The notes below the pieces were generated by a model that worked only from the letters and a program-made list of their open reading frames with translations, ran no database searches and had not been told where the DNA came from. 64,000 bases of DNA from Patescibacteria group bacterium (lineage in GTDB: Bacteria; Patescibacteriota; WWE3; UBA101185; UBA10185), in the NCBI GenBank assembly GCA_049322215.1, contig JBMORU010000001.1:644023-708022 (forward strand), read 5' to 3'. The position numbers and the translations under genes were made by a program. How positions within the stretch are numbered: the first letter of the stretch is position 1; each line of letters starts with the position of its first letter. Shown one piece after another: positions 29,780-40,320 of this stretch.

Positions 29780-29835
29780 TTTGAATTAGATTTTAAGTAT
29801 TAGCAGTTAATGCTTAGAAACTGTAGAAAGTAATT

Positions 29836-30096
29836 ATGGCACATAAAAAAGCCGGTGGCTCAAAAGCAAAACAAGGTGGTAATGTCCGTGGAAAGCGTTT
29901 AGGCGTTAAGGTTTTTGGCGGTAGTGCTGTAAAAGCTGGGCAAATTATTGTTAGACAACGTGGCAGAACATTCATACCAGGAGATAACGTTGGTATGGGA
30001 AAAGATTTCACACTCTTTGCTAAAATTGCAGGTATTGTTAAGTTTTTAGATACTAGTGAAAAGCGTAAAAAAATTACAGTAGATCCAGCTTCTTAG
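29836..30096 (+). CDS. rpmA: 50S ribosomal protein L27
   Basis: MAHKKAGGS...KRLGVK...IIVRQRG. Confidence 0.98.
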   Translation: MAHKKAGGSKAKQGGNVRGKRLGVKVFGGSAVKAGQIIVRQRGRTFIPGDNVGMGKDFTLFAKIAGIVKFLDTSEKRKKITVDPAS

Positions 30097-30671
30097 TTTT
30101 TTGATTCCTCCCCTTTAGCATCTTTTGTAAGTCTAAAACTGTCTACAGGGTAGTAAACCATAAAACTTTTTCCTACTATTAAATCCATTGAAATTGGCCC
30201 CCAAGCTCTACTATCTGAACTATTACTTCTATTATCGCCTAACAAAATATAGCTGTCATAAGGTATACTTATTTCTTCGTTTGCATGTATCTTCCCAAAG
30301 CCATGTGTTTTTGTTCCTACTTCCAAGTATGGTTCTTTAATAATCTCTCCATCTATATAAATGTATCCATCATCGTCTATTCTAAAAGCTTCACCAGGCA
30401 ATCCTATTGCTCTTTTTATGATAAAAATATCGTGGTTATCGGGGTGTCTAAATATAATTACATCTCCTCTTTTAATTCCGTCTGTTTTTATAGATATTTT
30501 TTCTGCAATTATTTGTTCTTTATCATGAAAGTTGGGGAGCATAGAATCTCCTGATACTCTTAATGGTTGCGCTATGTAAAAGAAAACAAAAAAAGATACA
30601 ACAGCGCCAATAAAAACCAATTCAATTAAATCAAGAAAAACTTTCAAAATTTTTGCTGAAATAGAATACAT
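30093..30671 (-). CDS. lepB: Signal peptidase I
   Basis: [29 protein letters not shown]. Confidence 0.95.
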   Translation of the reverse strand: MYSISAKILKVFLDLIELVFIGAVVSFFVFFYIAQPLRVSGDSMLPNFHDKEQIIAEKISIKTDGIKRGDVIIFRHPDNHDIFIIKRAIGLPGEAFRIDDDGYIYIDGEIIKEPYLEVGTKTHGFGKIHANEEISIPYDSYILLGDNRSNSSDSRAWGPISMDLIVGKSFMVYYPVDSFRLTKDAKGEESKN

Positions 30672-30712
30672 AACTTGTTAATTTTAGGAGTGTTCTTGTA
30701 ACAAAGCAATTA

Positions 30713-31972
30713 TTAGTTCTCTGCTACAGCTTTAGTTCCCAGTATATGAGGAAATTCATCAGAAAGCAGTGCCCACAAATCTTGATATCCCCCGTCATAC
30801 CCTAATGCCCAAATTCCTACCCCCCCAAGTGCATACTTCTTTGCCAACTTATACTTTTCTCTTAGGGATCTTTCGTTTTCATAGTATACAGACCTTATAG
30901 ATCCAGTGTCTTCGCTCACATAACTAAAATAGGGCACTTGCGCTATTTCGTCCCAGTTGTCTTCAATACCAAGTTCTATTTTTAAATCAATTATATCTTC
31001 ATATTTTTGAGATTGTGAGTATCCTATGTAGTCATTTCCTACCAATCTTGGAGAATACTCTGCAAAGTCTTCTACCACCCAATTATAGCCGTAATAAGGT
31101 ACGCCTAGAATCATTTTAGACGGTGGCACAAGAGACAAGTAGTCGGTTAACATGGTGTTTATATCATATTCCCTGCCTTCTTCAAGTACACCTCCTAGAG
31201 GAGCTACAGGACCTGCTATATCAGAATTTGGTCTGTGGAAGTCATATGCCATAATAAATAGGCCATCAGCCACTTTTGCCAAGTCTCCTGGTTTAGTTAC
31301 TCTTGGCTTAACTGCGGAATCAGCAAATGTTGACACAACCACATAAGAACTACCAAATTCTTTATCCAATTCGGTATTTAAGTACTTAGTGAGTTTAGTG
31401 TATTGGTCAGCATAGTAAGGATCGGTATAGGTAGCATATTCAAAGTCTAAATTTAGGTGTTTAACTTCTTTTTTATTCATTTCATCTATTAGATCATTCT
31501 TTAAGTTTACCCAACATTTTTCACATTCTAGTAGCTGGTCTGATATATCAGCTTCATGTGAAATTATAGTTAAAGCAAATCTCGTTCCGTATCTTTTACT
31601 TTTGGCTATTAATGTGTTTAGGGTTTCATTATTTACCCAGTTATTGTAGCCGGGGTCTAAATTGCCATCTTGACCTAGTTTTTTAATGTGGCCATTAGCT
31701 TCCACCTGCAAAGCAAAGTAAGCAATATCTGTTAATTTACTTAATTGAATGTAGTTAGCTTCTTCTATTGTCCAGTATGGTAAAAATCCATAAATTACTC
31801 CGTCACTAATGGGATACTCAGTTCCAGAGGTTAAAACCTTGAATTTGTTGCCCTGTGGTTTTAGTAAGTCATGTGGGTGATATACAAGGTTTAAAAATAT
31901 ATTGCCAAGTATTAGTGCGGTTACTATTCCATAAACACTTGTGGCTACATTCAGTACATTTATCTTTAACAC
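30713..31972 (-). CDS. GH18-family glycoside hydrolase
   Basis: LNLDFEY, IMAYDF, ILGVPYYG, LGGVGIWALG. Confidence 0.88.
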   Translation of the reverse strand: MLKINVLNVATSVYGIVTALILGNIFLNLVYHPHDLLKPQGNKFKVLTSGTEYPISDGVIYGFLPYWTIEEANYIQLSKLTDIAYFALQVEANGHIKKLGQDGNLDPGYNNWVNNETLNTLIAKSKRYGTRFALTIISHEADISDQLLECEKCWVNLKNDLIDEMNKKEVKHLNLDFEYATYTDPYYADQYTKLTKYLNTELDKEFGSSYVVVSTFADSAVKPRVTKPGDLAKVADGLFIMAYDFHRPNSDIAGPVAPLGGVLEEGREYDINTMLTDYLSLVPPSKMILGVPYYGYNWVVEDFAEYSPRLVGNDYIGYSQSQKYEDIIDLKIELGIEDNWDEIAQVPYFSYVSEDTGSIRSVYYENERSLREKYKLAKKYALGGVGIWALGYDGGYQDLWALLSDEFPHILGTKAVAEN

Positions 31973-32041
31973 CTCTACATTTTATCAAAATATGCTGCGA
32001 TTGCTATCTACATGCAAACATGTAAATGTTAAAATATTACT

Positions 32042-33244
32042 GTGTTTATAAGGAAAAAAACCAAATATTCACTATATATTAAGTTTCTGACGTTAGTTCT
32101 ATTAATTTTAGGTGCAGGTTTACTGTATTTTAAAAATGCAGCTTACAAATCACCTTATTCTGTACCTAGTTACTCTTTGTTTAATATTTTACCTTTAGGA
32201 AATGCAGGGCCTGCATGTATATTTAGTGATTCAATAGAGTATGTTTACTATAAAGACACTCCTGATAACTTCAGAAACAATAAGTTTGGTTTATATATTT
32301 ACGCTGAAGAAGAGCGTTTTATAAAGCTTGCAGACCAGTTAGTTAACTCAAACGGAGGAGATTGGGGTTATGTTTTAATTCCTTACAATATAAATGATAG
32401 AGATAAAGCTAAATGGGGGCGTGTTTTTACCCAACTTCATACAAAACACTTAATTCCAGTTATACAACTTTGGGATGTAGATCCTGAAAACTATGAAGAG
32501 CAAACGCTTGAAGCGGCTGAGTTTTTAGACAGTTTTGTGTGGCCAATTAAGCATAGGTACATTAGTGTTTACAACGAACCCAATGACTCTAAGTTTTGGA
32601 AGGATCTTTTAGACCCTAAAAACTATGCAGAAGTACTTGATTTTACTATTGCAACTTTTAAAGAACAAAACCCTGACTTTTTTATGCTAAATGGGGCGTT
32701 TAATGTTAGTGCTGCTACAGGAGAAACTTATATGGATTCATTTTATTTTATGCGTAGCATGAATGCCCATATTCCTGGAATTTTTAATAAATTAGATGGA
32801 TGGGCGTCTCATTCATACCCGCAACCTCATTTTAGTGGCGATCCATTGGCGAGAGGTCGTTGGAGTATAAAAGCATATGAAGAAGAACTTGAGTTACTAA
32901 AGTCTCTTGGGGTAGAAAAAGAACTACCTGTTTTTATAACCGAAACTGGCTGGGCGCATGCCGAGGGTAAAAATTACGATAGTTCATACTTAAGTGTTCA
33001 GCAAATAGCAGATAATTTTAGAATTGCGTATGAAGAAGTGTGGTTGAAAGACTCTAAAGTACGAGCAGTAATGCCTTTTACTGTTAGGTTTGAACCCCCA
33101 TACGATCATTTTTCTTGGGTTGATCATAGAAACGTTCCTTATGCACACTTTCAAGAAGTTAAGTCAATGAAAAAAGTTTCTGGAGAACCTCCGTATCTTG
33201 AATCTTCTAAAGTAAGTTCAGTAGGATGTCAAATACCACAATGA
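32042..33244 (+). CDS. Exported clan GH-A-like glycoside hydrolase
   Basis: N-terminal TM; YNEPN, SHSYP, FITETGW. Confidence 0.7.
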   Translation: MFIRKKTKYSLYIKFLTLVLLILGAGLLYFKNAAYKSPYSVPSYSLFNILPLGNAGPACIFSDSIEYVYYKDTPDNFRNNKFGLYIYAEEERFIKLADQLVNSNGGDWGYVLIPYNINDRDKAKWGRVFTQLHTKHLIPVIQLWDVDPENYEEQTLEAAEFLDSFVWPIKHRYISVYNEPNDSKFWKDLLDPKNYAEVLDFTIATFKEQNPDFFMLNGAFNVSAATGETYMDSFYFMRSMNAHIPGIFNKLDGWASHSYPQPHFSGDPLARGRWSIKAYEEELELLKSLGVEKELPVFITETGWAHAEGKNYDSSYLSVQQIADNFRIAYEEVWLKDSKVRAVMPFTVRFEPPYDHFSWVDHRNVPYAHFQEVKSMKKVSGEPPYLESSKVSSVGCQIPQ

Positions 33245-34515
33245 AAAATTCATCTACAACAAAAGCCGTAGCAAGCAATACTTTTTACCAGTTACTAGCA
33301 AAGATACTGACAATGTCTATTACAGTTTTGGCCACAATAATAATTACACGTGTTTATGGAAAAGAAAGCTTTGGAGAATTTAATTTGATGCAGGCATACC
33401 CCGCATTATTTTTTGTTATAGTAGATTTTGGTTTTAATGCAATTGCAACTAAAGAGCTAAGTACTAATTGGGATAAGGCGGAAAAGTACTTATCTAATAT
33501 TTTGGGTATTCGTATTCTTTTTTCAGTTATACTTATTGCCCTTATTGGTTTTGTTATTCATTTTTTTCCTTACAGTTCTAACTTAAAGTTTGGTATTTAT
33601 CTTAGTTTATTTTTAATACTAACTCAGGCTTTGTATGCAACTACAAACATAATTTTTCAAGTAAAACTTAGATACGACTACTCAAGTATAGGTTTGCTTT
33701 TGGGTTATGTTGTAATTCTTTTTGCTATTTTAGTGCTTTCTTATTTAAGAGTTAATGTTGTTTGGGTTAACTTTAGTTATGTTGTAGGGGGATTAGTAAC
33801 ATTTATTGTTAATTTTTACTATGTTAGAAAGTTTGATGTAAGAATCAAGCTGGCATTTGATAAAGAAATATGGCAACCTCTTGTGTTGCAGGCACTTCCA
33901 ATAGGATTAATGTTTGTTTTTAGCCAAATAAATTTTAAGGCTGATTCAATTCTTTTGTCGGTATTAAGTCTTCCCGAAGGTTACGGTTTAAGCAATACAG
34001 AATCTGTGGCGGTGTATGGGTTGCCGTATAAAGTTTTTGAGGTTTCATTAGTTGTTCCTACATTTTTTATGAATGCTGTTTATCCAATTTATGTCATGCA
34101 TTTGGGGGAAAGTAAAACACGATTTAAAGAAACTATCAAAAAGTCACTACTAGCTTTAGGTGTTGCGGGTTTAGTATTTGGTATTTTAGGTGTTATTTTG
34201 TCGCCACTTGCCATTTTAATCTTAGGAGGTAGTGAGTTTACAGAATCGATATTGGTATTACGGCTTTTACTGGGAGGTTTGGTTTTATTTTATTTATCCC
34301 AACCGATTTCGTGGATAATAGTGACCTTAGGGAAACAAAAATATCTGCCGTTAATTTACTTAATTGGTTCTGTAGTAAACTTAACGCTTAACTTTATATT
34401 TATTCCCAGATACTCATTTTATGCTAGTTCTGTAATTACCTGGATTTCTGAGTTTTTAATTTTGATTATGCTTTCTTTTGCTGCTTACAAAGCATGGCAT
34501 AAATACAATGCTTAA
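33241..34515 (+). CDS. Wzx-like polysaccharide flippase
   Basis: About 12 TMs; R.YG.E.FG, DFG, D.ILLS, V..Y, LN.IFIP. Confidence 0.85.
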   Translation: MKNSSTTKAVASNTFYQLLAKILTMSITVLATIIITRVYGKESFGEFNLMQAYPALFFVIVDFGFNAIATKELSTNWDKAEKYLSNILGIRILFSVILIALIGFVIHFFPYSSNLKFGIYLSLFLILTQALYATTNIIFQVKLRYDYSSIGLLLGYVVILFAILVLSYLRVNVVWVNFSYVVGGLVTFIVNFYYVRKFDVRIKLAFDKEIWQPLVLQALPIGLMFVFSQINFKADSILLSVLSLPEGYGLSNTESVAVYGLPYKVFEVSLVVPTFFMNAVYPIYVMHLGESKTRFKETIKKSLLALGVAGLVFGILGVILSPLAILILGGSEFTESILVLRLLLGGLVLFYLSQPISWIIVTLGKQKYLPLIYLIGSVVNLTLNFIFIPRYSFYASSVITWISEFLILIMLSFAAYKAWHKYNA

Positions 34516-35710
34516 AGTCTTGTTTCTATTTGCAGTGTATTCATTATCATTTGGGCAACTCGCAAATATTAGTAGATTACCAGGCTTAAACATTTATGCA
34601 TTTGATTTTTTTGTTGGTTTATTTGCTTTTGTTGGATGTGTGTACTTTTTTACTAAAAGAACTTTCAGATTAAGTTCGTTTTTAAATGGTTATTTAATTT
34701 TTATTCTCATTGCCCTTTTATCACTAATGATAAATTTTCACCGTTTCGAGCCTTCACAAATTTTGGTTGCTGGTTTTTATCTAGTTCGTTTCATTCTTTA
34801 CTGCTTAGCAGGAGTTGTGCTTTATAACTTGCTGCGTACTAAGTACTTTAATTTGGTTTTTGTATATAAATCTTTAATTGGTTCTTGTTTTTTTGTTGTA
34901 CTTTTGGGATTTATTCAGTTACTTATTTTACCGGATTTTACAGTTTTAGATTCTAGTCTTGGTTGGGATCCTCATAAGTTTAGATTAGCTTCTACTTTTT
35001 TTGATCCAAATTTTGTGGGAGGTTATATAGTTTTTCATGTTGCTTTAGTGTTCCATTTGCTATTTAATTTTACTAAGTTTAGGCATTTAACAGTTTTTTC
35101 TAAAAAAACCTTACTTTTATTTTTACTAATATTTTTGTTAGCAATATTTTTAACTTTCTCACGCAGTGCCTGGCTGTTTTTAGCTGTTGTTATTTTTGTT
35201 TTTGGAATGTACAAATCTAAAGTTTTGTTTTTAATGTCTTTGTTGCTTGCATTCAGTGCTTATTTTGCTGTTCCTCGTGTACAAACACGTTTATCAGGAA
35301 TTACTGATCCGGCAGATTCAGCGAGTTTTCGTTTGATTTCTTGGCAAAACACCTTAACAATAGCCAAGGATAACTTGATTACTGGCGTGGGATTTAACAC
35401 CTTTCGGTATGTTCAGGATGATTACGGATATTTTGGCGTAAGCAGTTTTGGTGGTAACTCGGGAGCAGGTTCGGATTCTAGCTTTTTACTAGTTTTAGCT
35501 ACTACTGGAATCTTTGGGTTTGTAATATTCTTGCTTTCTTATTTATACCCAGTATATAGCCAGTTTTTTTCTTTTGCTGAGACTAAACCGTTTTTTATTT
35601 CTGTTTCTATTGGTTTATTTTTGCAATCACAATTCATAAACGCATTTTTTTATCCACAAATAATGTTTTTGTATTTTTTAACTTTGGGTCTTTTAGGTAG
35701 AAAAGAGTAA
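34508..35710 (+). CDS. O-antigen ligase/Wzy-like polymerase
   Basis: R.ASTF.DPN, LTFSRSAW, R..SW...GVGFN. Confidence 0.85.
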   Translation: MLKVLFLFAVYSLSFGQLANISRLPGLNIYAFDFFVGLFAFVGCVYFFTKRTFRLSSFLNGYLIFILIALLSLMINFHRFEPSQILVAGFYLVRFILYCLAGVVLYNLLRTKYFNLVFVYKSLIGSCFFVVLLGFIQLLILPDFTVLDSSLGWDPHKFRLASTFFDPNFVGGYIVFHVALVFHLLFNFTKFRHLTVFSKKTLLLFLLIFLLAIFLTFSRSAWLFLAVVIFVFGMYKSKVLFLMSLLLAFSAYFAVPRVQTRLSGITDPADSASFRLISWQNTLTIAKDNLITGVGFNTFRYVQDDYGYFGVSSFGGNSGAGSDSSFLLVLATTGIFGFVIFLLSYLYPVYSQFFSFAETKPFFISVSIGLFLQSQFINAFFYPQIMFLYFLTLGLLGRKE

Positions 35711-35728
35711 ATATAAAGAACAACTTAT

Positions 35729-36490
35729 TTAAGAACTTCTTCTTTGGTATTTAATGTTTATTGTTTTTTCAGCTTCGTTTCCTGCTTCGTCTGCAGCTAC
35801 TACTTTTATTTCTACATCACCTTCTTCTACACCTAGAAGTATCTCAAATGTTAAATCTGGTTTTACAATTGCCAACCTATTATTAACCTTTACTGTGGAC
35901 TTTTCGTTTAGTGTTCCTTTAACTTGAATTCTTTTGTTTAAGTTTTTTATCGTTTCTCCATCTTCTGGTGAAATTATTTCAATTTCTGGTTCTTTGATAT
36001 CGTATTTAATGCTAAGTGTTACAGACTTGGGACTTTCGTTATTGCTTTGATCATAAGCTCTAGCAAAAATGGTGTTATTTCCTTCAATAAGTTTCACATT
36101 GGTAAATGTAAATACACCCTCTGAATCTGAAACTGTTGAAGTGACTTCAGGGCCGTTTACAAACAATTTAACGTTGGTACCGGCTTCTGCTAATCCTTCA
36201 AGTGTTATAGTGTCTTTTTTTGTTGCAACAGGAGGTGAAGAAAATGCTGGCGGTGTAGGCGCTAAGTTGTCCTGAGGACCTGTTTCGTTTCTGTGCACTG
36301 AGAATAATCCAAATAAAGACCCAATTTTTGGGCCGAAAAACGTAAATGATACGTAAAGTATTCCTAATGTCACAAAAATTGCAGTGATAGTTAAACCTAA
36401 ACGCATTAATAAGTCTTTTTCTGTGACAACATCTTGACTCTTATTATATTTTTGTTGTCGATAGTAATTTGGCTTTTTCTTTTTAGGCAT
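35729..36490 (-). CDS. Membrane-anchored protein with two Ig-like domains
   Basis: One TM; G.AE.G..V, L.EG.N.I...A.D..N repeated. Confidence 0.75.
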   Translation of the reverse strand: MPKKKKPNYYRQQKYNKSQDVVTEKDLLMRLGLTITAIFVTLGILYVSFTFFGPKIGSLFGLFSVHRNETGPQDNLAPTPPAFSSPPVATKKDTITLEGLAEAGTNVKLFVNGPEVTSTVSDSEGVFTFTNVKLIEGNNTIFARAYDQSNNESPKSVTLSIKYDIKEPEIEIISPEDGETIKNLNKRIQVKGTLNEKSTVKVNNRLAIVKPDLTFEILLGVEEGDVEIKVVAADEAGNEAEKTINIKYQRRSS

Positions 36491-36531
36491 AGGGGTATCT
36501 TAACATAATTTTAACAGGATTTTTTACTTTA

Positions 36532-36607
36532 TGGAGCCACCTGTGGGAATCGAACCCACAACCTGACGCTTACGATGCGCCTGCTCTGCCAATTGAGCTA
36601 AGGTGGC
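36532..36607 (-). tRNA. tRNA-Thr(CGT)
   Basis: Cloverleaf GCCACCT...AGGTGGC-TCCA; anticodon loop ATCGTAA. Confidence 0.95.
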
Positions 36608-36685
36608 ATGTTGCGCCTATATTTTAGCAAATAATATTGGATTCCATCACTTATACTTATTGGGTTTTTAGCTTATAATAGACTG

Positions 36686-37354
36686 ATGGTTGAAGCTTTT
36701 ATCCAGTGGATTGATGACTTGTCAAAAGTTATCCCGTTACCACTTTTTGTTATCTTTGGGTCAATATTAGAAGAAGTAATTGCGCCGATTCCATCACCCT
36801 TAGTAATGAGTTCTGCAGGAACAATTATTCACGCTAGAGGGTATTCTACTTTGTATACTATGTTTATAGCTATAATTGGAGCGGCATCAAAAACAGTTTC
36901 TAGTTTGGTTTTGTACGTTTTGGGGGACAAGGCTGAAGACGTATTAATAAACAGGTTTGGCAAAGTGCTGAAAATTTCTCACGAAGACACCGAGGCATTA
37001 GGAAGAAAGTTTAATAATACCCGAAGAGATGACGTTTTACTATTTATACTAAGAGCTGTACCTGTTTTCCCAAATGCCCCTGTATCTATACTTTGTGGAA
37101 TTATTCAACTAAACCTTAAAACTTATATAACTGCTACTTTTGCGGGCACAGTGGTTAAGAACTTAATATATATTTATGCCGGAATTATAAGTTTAAATTA
37201 TCTCGAACAATTTAAAGATACATACCCACGCATAGAAAACTTAGGTTACTTATTACTTTTTGCTATTTTTGCCTACGGTATTTTTAAACACCAAAGCATT
37301 AGAGACACGGTAAAAAAAGTTATAGATAAATATAACAGCTTTTTAAAAAAGTAA
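36686..37354 (+). CDS. DedA/VTT-family membrane protein
   Basis: EEVIAPIPS, LRAVPVFP...S..CG. Confidence 0.85.
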   Translation: MVEAFIQWIDDLSKVIPLPLFVIFGSILEEVIAPIPSPLVMSSAGTIIHARGYSTLYTMFIAIIGAASKTVSSLVLYVLGDKAEDVLINRFGKVLKISHEDTEALGRKFNNTRRDDVLLFILRAVPVFPNAPVSILCGIIQLNLKTYITATFAGTVVKNLIYIYAGIISLNYLEQFKDTYPRIENLGYLLLFAIFAYGIFKHQSIRDTVKKVIDKYNSFLKK

Positions 37355-37413
37355 GGTTTTTGTGTTTACTCCTTTGGGTATGAAATAGGCGATTAAAAAG
37401 CTACAATTAGTAC

Positions 37414-38901
37414 ATGCCTGAGTCATTAACATCAATTGGGAATCTTGAGGATTTTAGTAGTGATACACAAAACGATAACGATATTTTAAGTTTTGAAGTC
37501 CCCTCTAAAATTGAAACTAGTGAAACGCAAAAGCTTCCAAGAATCTCAAAAATTAATTTAAATGCTGAAAGCTCGTGTAGGGGAACAGTAGAGAATAAAC
37601 AAGAGCTCGGTACCAGACAATTAGAACAATTTAGATACTTTCACTCAAACATTAAGTCTCGTAGCTTCATGCGAGAAAATGCAGATGCTTTGGAATCTGC
37701 AGAATATCACACGTATATGTACGCTCTTGGTTTGGAAAATATTAATGCAAATGTGTTTTCTAGAGAAGCCGGTGAACTAGGAGATAAAATAAAGGAAAAA
37801 AACGTTTATGTGCTATTGCATGGTTGGACTGGCAACGAATCAATTTATTCCAGTGTGAAACAGGAAAACCAGCTTACAATTGCAGAGGAAATTATGGCAA
37901 AAGATCCAAATGCTGTTGTTATTACAATGGATGGGAACGGCTTTGGTGAAACAAACTTTAGAGAGGATGTTTTACAGGGTGATTTACAACAGTACTGTAC
38001 TCCGGAAGCATATGCTGCACAGGTTGATTTTTTTGTGTCTCATGTACTAGGTTTTAAGGATGAAGACAAAGATAACGTAAGCATTATGGGTCATTCTATG
38101 GGTGGTGCTGCTGCAATGATTTTGGGGGCACGTTATGGTTACGAAAACACTGTTGCTTTATCTCCGGCGCTTTTTCCTTCAAAAGAAAACTTGTTAGAGA
38201 TAGAAGAAACATTTGAAGATGCAACGCATGCATCAAAAATGGAGGATCTTTTAAAGAGATTGGGTTATAGAACTTCAGGAGATGGTAGGTATGCCTTTGT
38301 TGGCACAGTTGCTAAGGTGGGTGCTCAAACTAAAAAAGCCTTACCACAGGTAACAAACAAAGCTACAGAGGTTTTTTTTAACTTTGTTGGCCCAAACTAT
38401 ATGGGTGAGGAAATTACGGGAAACCTTGGCACAGATAAACAGTTGGTCTCAGACTTGATGGAAATTCATAGAGGTGAAGTTGATAAACATGCTCTAGTAG
38501 ATTATGCGCTCACAAACTTACGACGTGGCGTAGATTTTTCAAGCTGGTCGCTAGAAGAAATTACGCGTTTAAATGACTCCGCCGTTTTAACTTCGGAAAA
38601 AGACAAGTTAGTGACTCCTAAAGATGTAGTAAATTTGCTTAAAACAATATCATCCTATGAATTATTGTTGGCCTCTTCGAAAAGTCCGGAAGATTTAAAT
38701 AGTAATGAAATAAATGCTATAAAAGCTCAAGTTGAGGCTGTTAATCACGGTGTTGAAAGTGAAACCCTGCAAAGAATTATTGTGCCTGGAGGTCATTATG
38801 CCACAGTATACAATGAGGCTGGTGTAGATATTTTAGTTCATGGTGCTGCTGCAAAGAGAGCGTTGCGCGAGGCAAAAAAAGACAGGCTAGAAAACAATTA
38901 A
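37414..38901 (+). CDS. Alpha/beta hydrolase
   Basis: LLHGWTG, D..GFGET, GHSMGG, D.LV, GGH. Confidence 0.8.
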   Translation: MPESLTSIGNLEDFSSDTQNDNDILSFEVPSKIETSETQKLPRISKINLNAESSCRGTVENKQELGTRQLEQFRYFHSNIKSRSFMRENADALESAEYHTYMYALGLENINANVFSREAGELGDKIKEKNVYVLLHGWTGNESIYSSVKQENQLTIAEEIMAKDPNAVVITMDGNGFGETNFREDVLQGDLQQYCTPEAYAAQVDFFVSHVLGFKDEDKDNVSIMGHSMGGAAAMILGARYGYENTVALSPALFPSKENLLEIEETFEDATHASKMEDLLKRLGYRTSGDGRYAFVGTVAKVGAQTKKALPQVTNKATEVFFNFVGPNYMGEEITGNLGTDKQLVSDLMEIHRGEVDKHALVDYALTNLRRGVDFSSWSLEEITRLNDSAVLTSEKDKLVTPKDVVNLLKTISSYELLLASSKSPEDLNSNEINAIKAQVEAVNHGVESETLQRIIVPGGHYATVYNEAGVDILVHGAAAKRALREAKKDRLENN

Positions 38902-39377
38902 GCTTTTATTACTAACTTAATAGCCCTGATATTAAACTCTTTGCAATTTTTTTTGTTTAGGTCTTCAACCTTCACCCAACTAATCTCGTTAATTTCTTCA
39001 GTATCCACTTCTGCGAGTTTTTCATGTTCAATTTTTTGTATTGCATAAAAGGAGAGTTCCGAGTCAAAATATTCGTCAATTTCTTCTGAATAAAAATTTT
39101 GCTTAAGTTGAAAAACTGGTTTAGGGTTGTATTTCAATATTTTATATCCAGTTTCCTCTAGGAATTCCCGATATAAACCTTGATCTGGTGTTTCACCTAT
39201 TTCTATTTTTCCGCCGGGCAAATCTAAATGTACTGTCCATGTAGGCTTTACCATCAATACCTTAGATTCTTTTATGAATACACCGTAAGCTGAATATCTT
39301 TTTTCTACTGCTTTATTTTTAGGTTTAACTACTGGTTCGAGCCTTCTATTAGTGAATATCTCATTGCTGTGTGTCAT
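38898..39377 (-). CDS. NUDIX hydrolase
   Basis: PGGKIEIGE......REFLEETG Nudix box. Confidence 0.92.
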   Translation of the reverse strand: MTHSNEIFTNRRLEPVVKPKNKAVEKRYSAYGVFIKESKVLMVKPTWTVHLDLPGGKIEIGETPDQGLYREFLEETGYKILKYNPKPVFQLKQNFYSEEIDEYFDSELSFYAIQKIEHEKLAEVDTEEINEISWVKVEDLNKKNCKEFNIRAIKLVIKA

Positions 39378-39401
39378 TTTCGGTGTATTTCGGTAATTTT
39401 A

Positions 39402-39476
39402 TGGAGCGGGTGACGGGGATCGAACCCGCGATCTTCTCCTTGGGAAGGAGACGCTCTACCACTAAGCCACACCCGC
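39402..39476 (-). tRNA. tRNA-Gly(CCC)
   Basis: GCGGGTG...CACCCGC-TCCA; loop TTCCCAA. Confidence 0.96.
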
Positions 39477-39503
39477 AAAACCAAACTAATTATAATATTT
39501 GAT

Positions 39504-40109
39504 TTACGGAAGCGTTAGTACCTGTCCTGGAACAATAAGTGCCTGTTGTCCTGAAGAAAGAGTTCCAATAGAATCTGCATTGGCTTGCAGTATATTTACC
39601 CAGTCAGCACCATTTCCGTAAGCTGCTTCTGCTATTTCCCACAAGGTATCGCCTTGCTGAACTTCGTATTGACCTTTATTTATATCTCCTTGTTTATAAT
39701 CGTTTGCTCTCCAAGAGGCTGTATCAGAAGCTATTTGTTCATTAGGAATTTGTGTTGAATTTGTGTTGTTATCTACATTTTCTGTTTCAGAATCTGCAGG
39801 TTCCTCTGTTCTTACAGTATTTGCTCCTGTTAAAATTTCACCCTCTTCATCATTTGCTCCTTCTTGTACCACTTGTGTGTCATTTATTTTTCCTTCTTCA
39901 TTTTGATCAGTATTTCCGTTGTTCGTTTGTTTTTCTGTAGCTTCTCTAGTTTCTTTTGATGTTTCATTAACGTTAAGTATGGTTTTATTAAAATAATTAA
40001 ATGCTAGGTAGCCTGTAGTTAAAACAAAAACCAAAGCTACTAATGCTGCTAAAGTGTTTTTAGCTGGGGTTTGATCTACAGAGCTATTAGAGTTTTCATT
40101 GTCAGCCAT
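39504..40109 (-). CDS. Membrane-anchored LysM protein
   Basis: TM, acidic linker, YEVQQGDTLWEIAEAAYG...I.PGQVL. Confidence 0.9.
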   Translation of the reverse strand: MADNENSNSSVDQTPAKNTLAALVALVFVLTTGYLAFNYFNKTILNVNETSKETREATEKQTNNGNTDQNEEGKINDTQVVQEGANDEEGEILTGANTVRTEEPADSETENVDNNTNSTQIPNEQIASDTASWRANDYKQGDINKGQYEVQQGDTLWEIAEAAYGNGADWVNILQANADSIGTLSSGQQALIVPGQVLTLP

Positions 40110-40172
40110 TTTGCCTCCAAAATTTTTAAAATATTAAAATGTACTAAGGCAGATTAATAAAGCAGTTTTAGT

Positions 40173-40250
40173 TGGCGGAACCGACGGGACTCGAACCCGC
40201 GACCTCTTCCGTGACAGGGAAGCGCTCTAACCAAGCTGAGCTACGGCTCC
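40173..40250 (-). tRNA. tRNA-Asp(GTC)
   Basis: GGAGCCG...CGGTTCC-GCCA; loop CTGTCAC. Confidence 0.96.
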
Positions 40251-40320
40251 ACATTATCAAAAGAACGAGACCATCGTACCAAATCGTAAATGTGCCGTCA
40301 ATAAGTGGTAAAATCGACAT

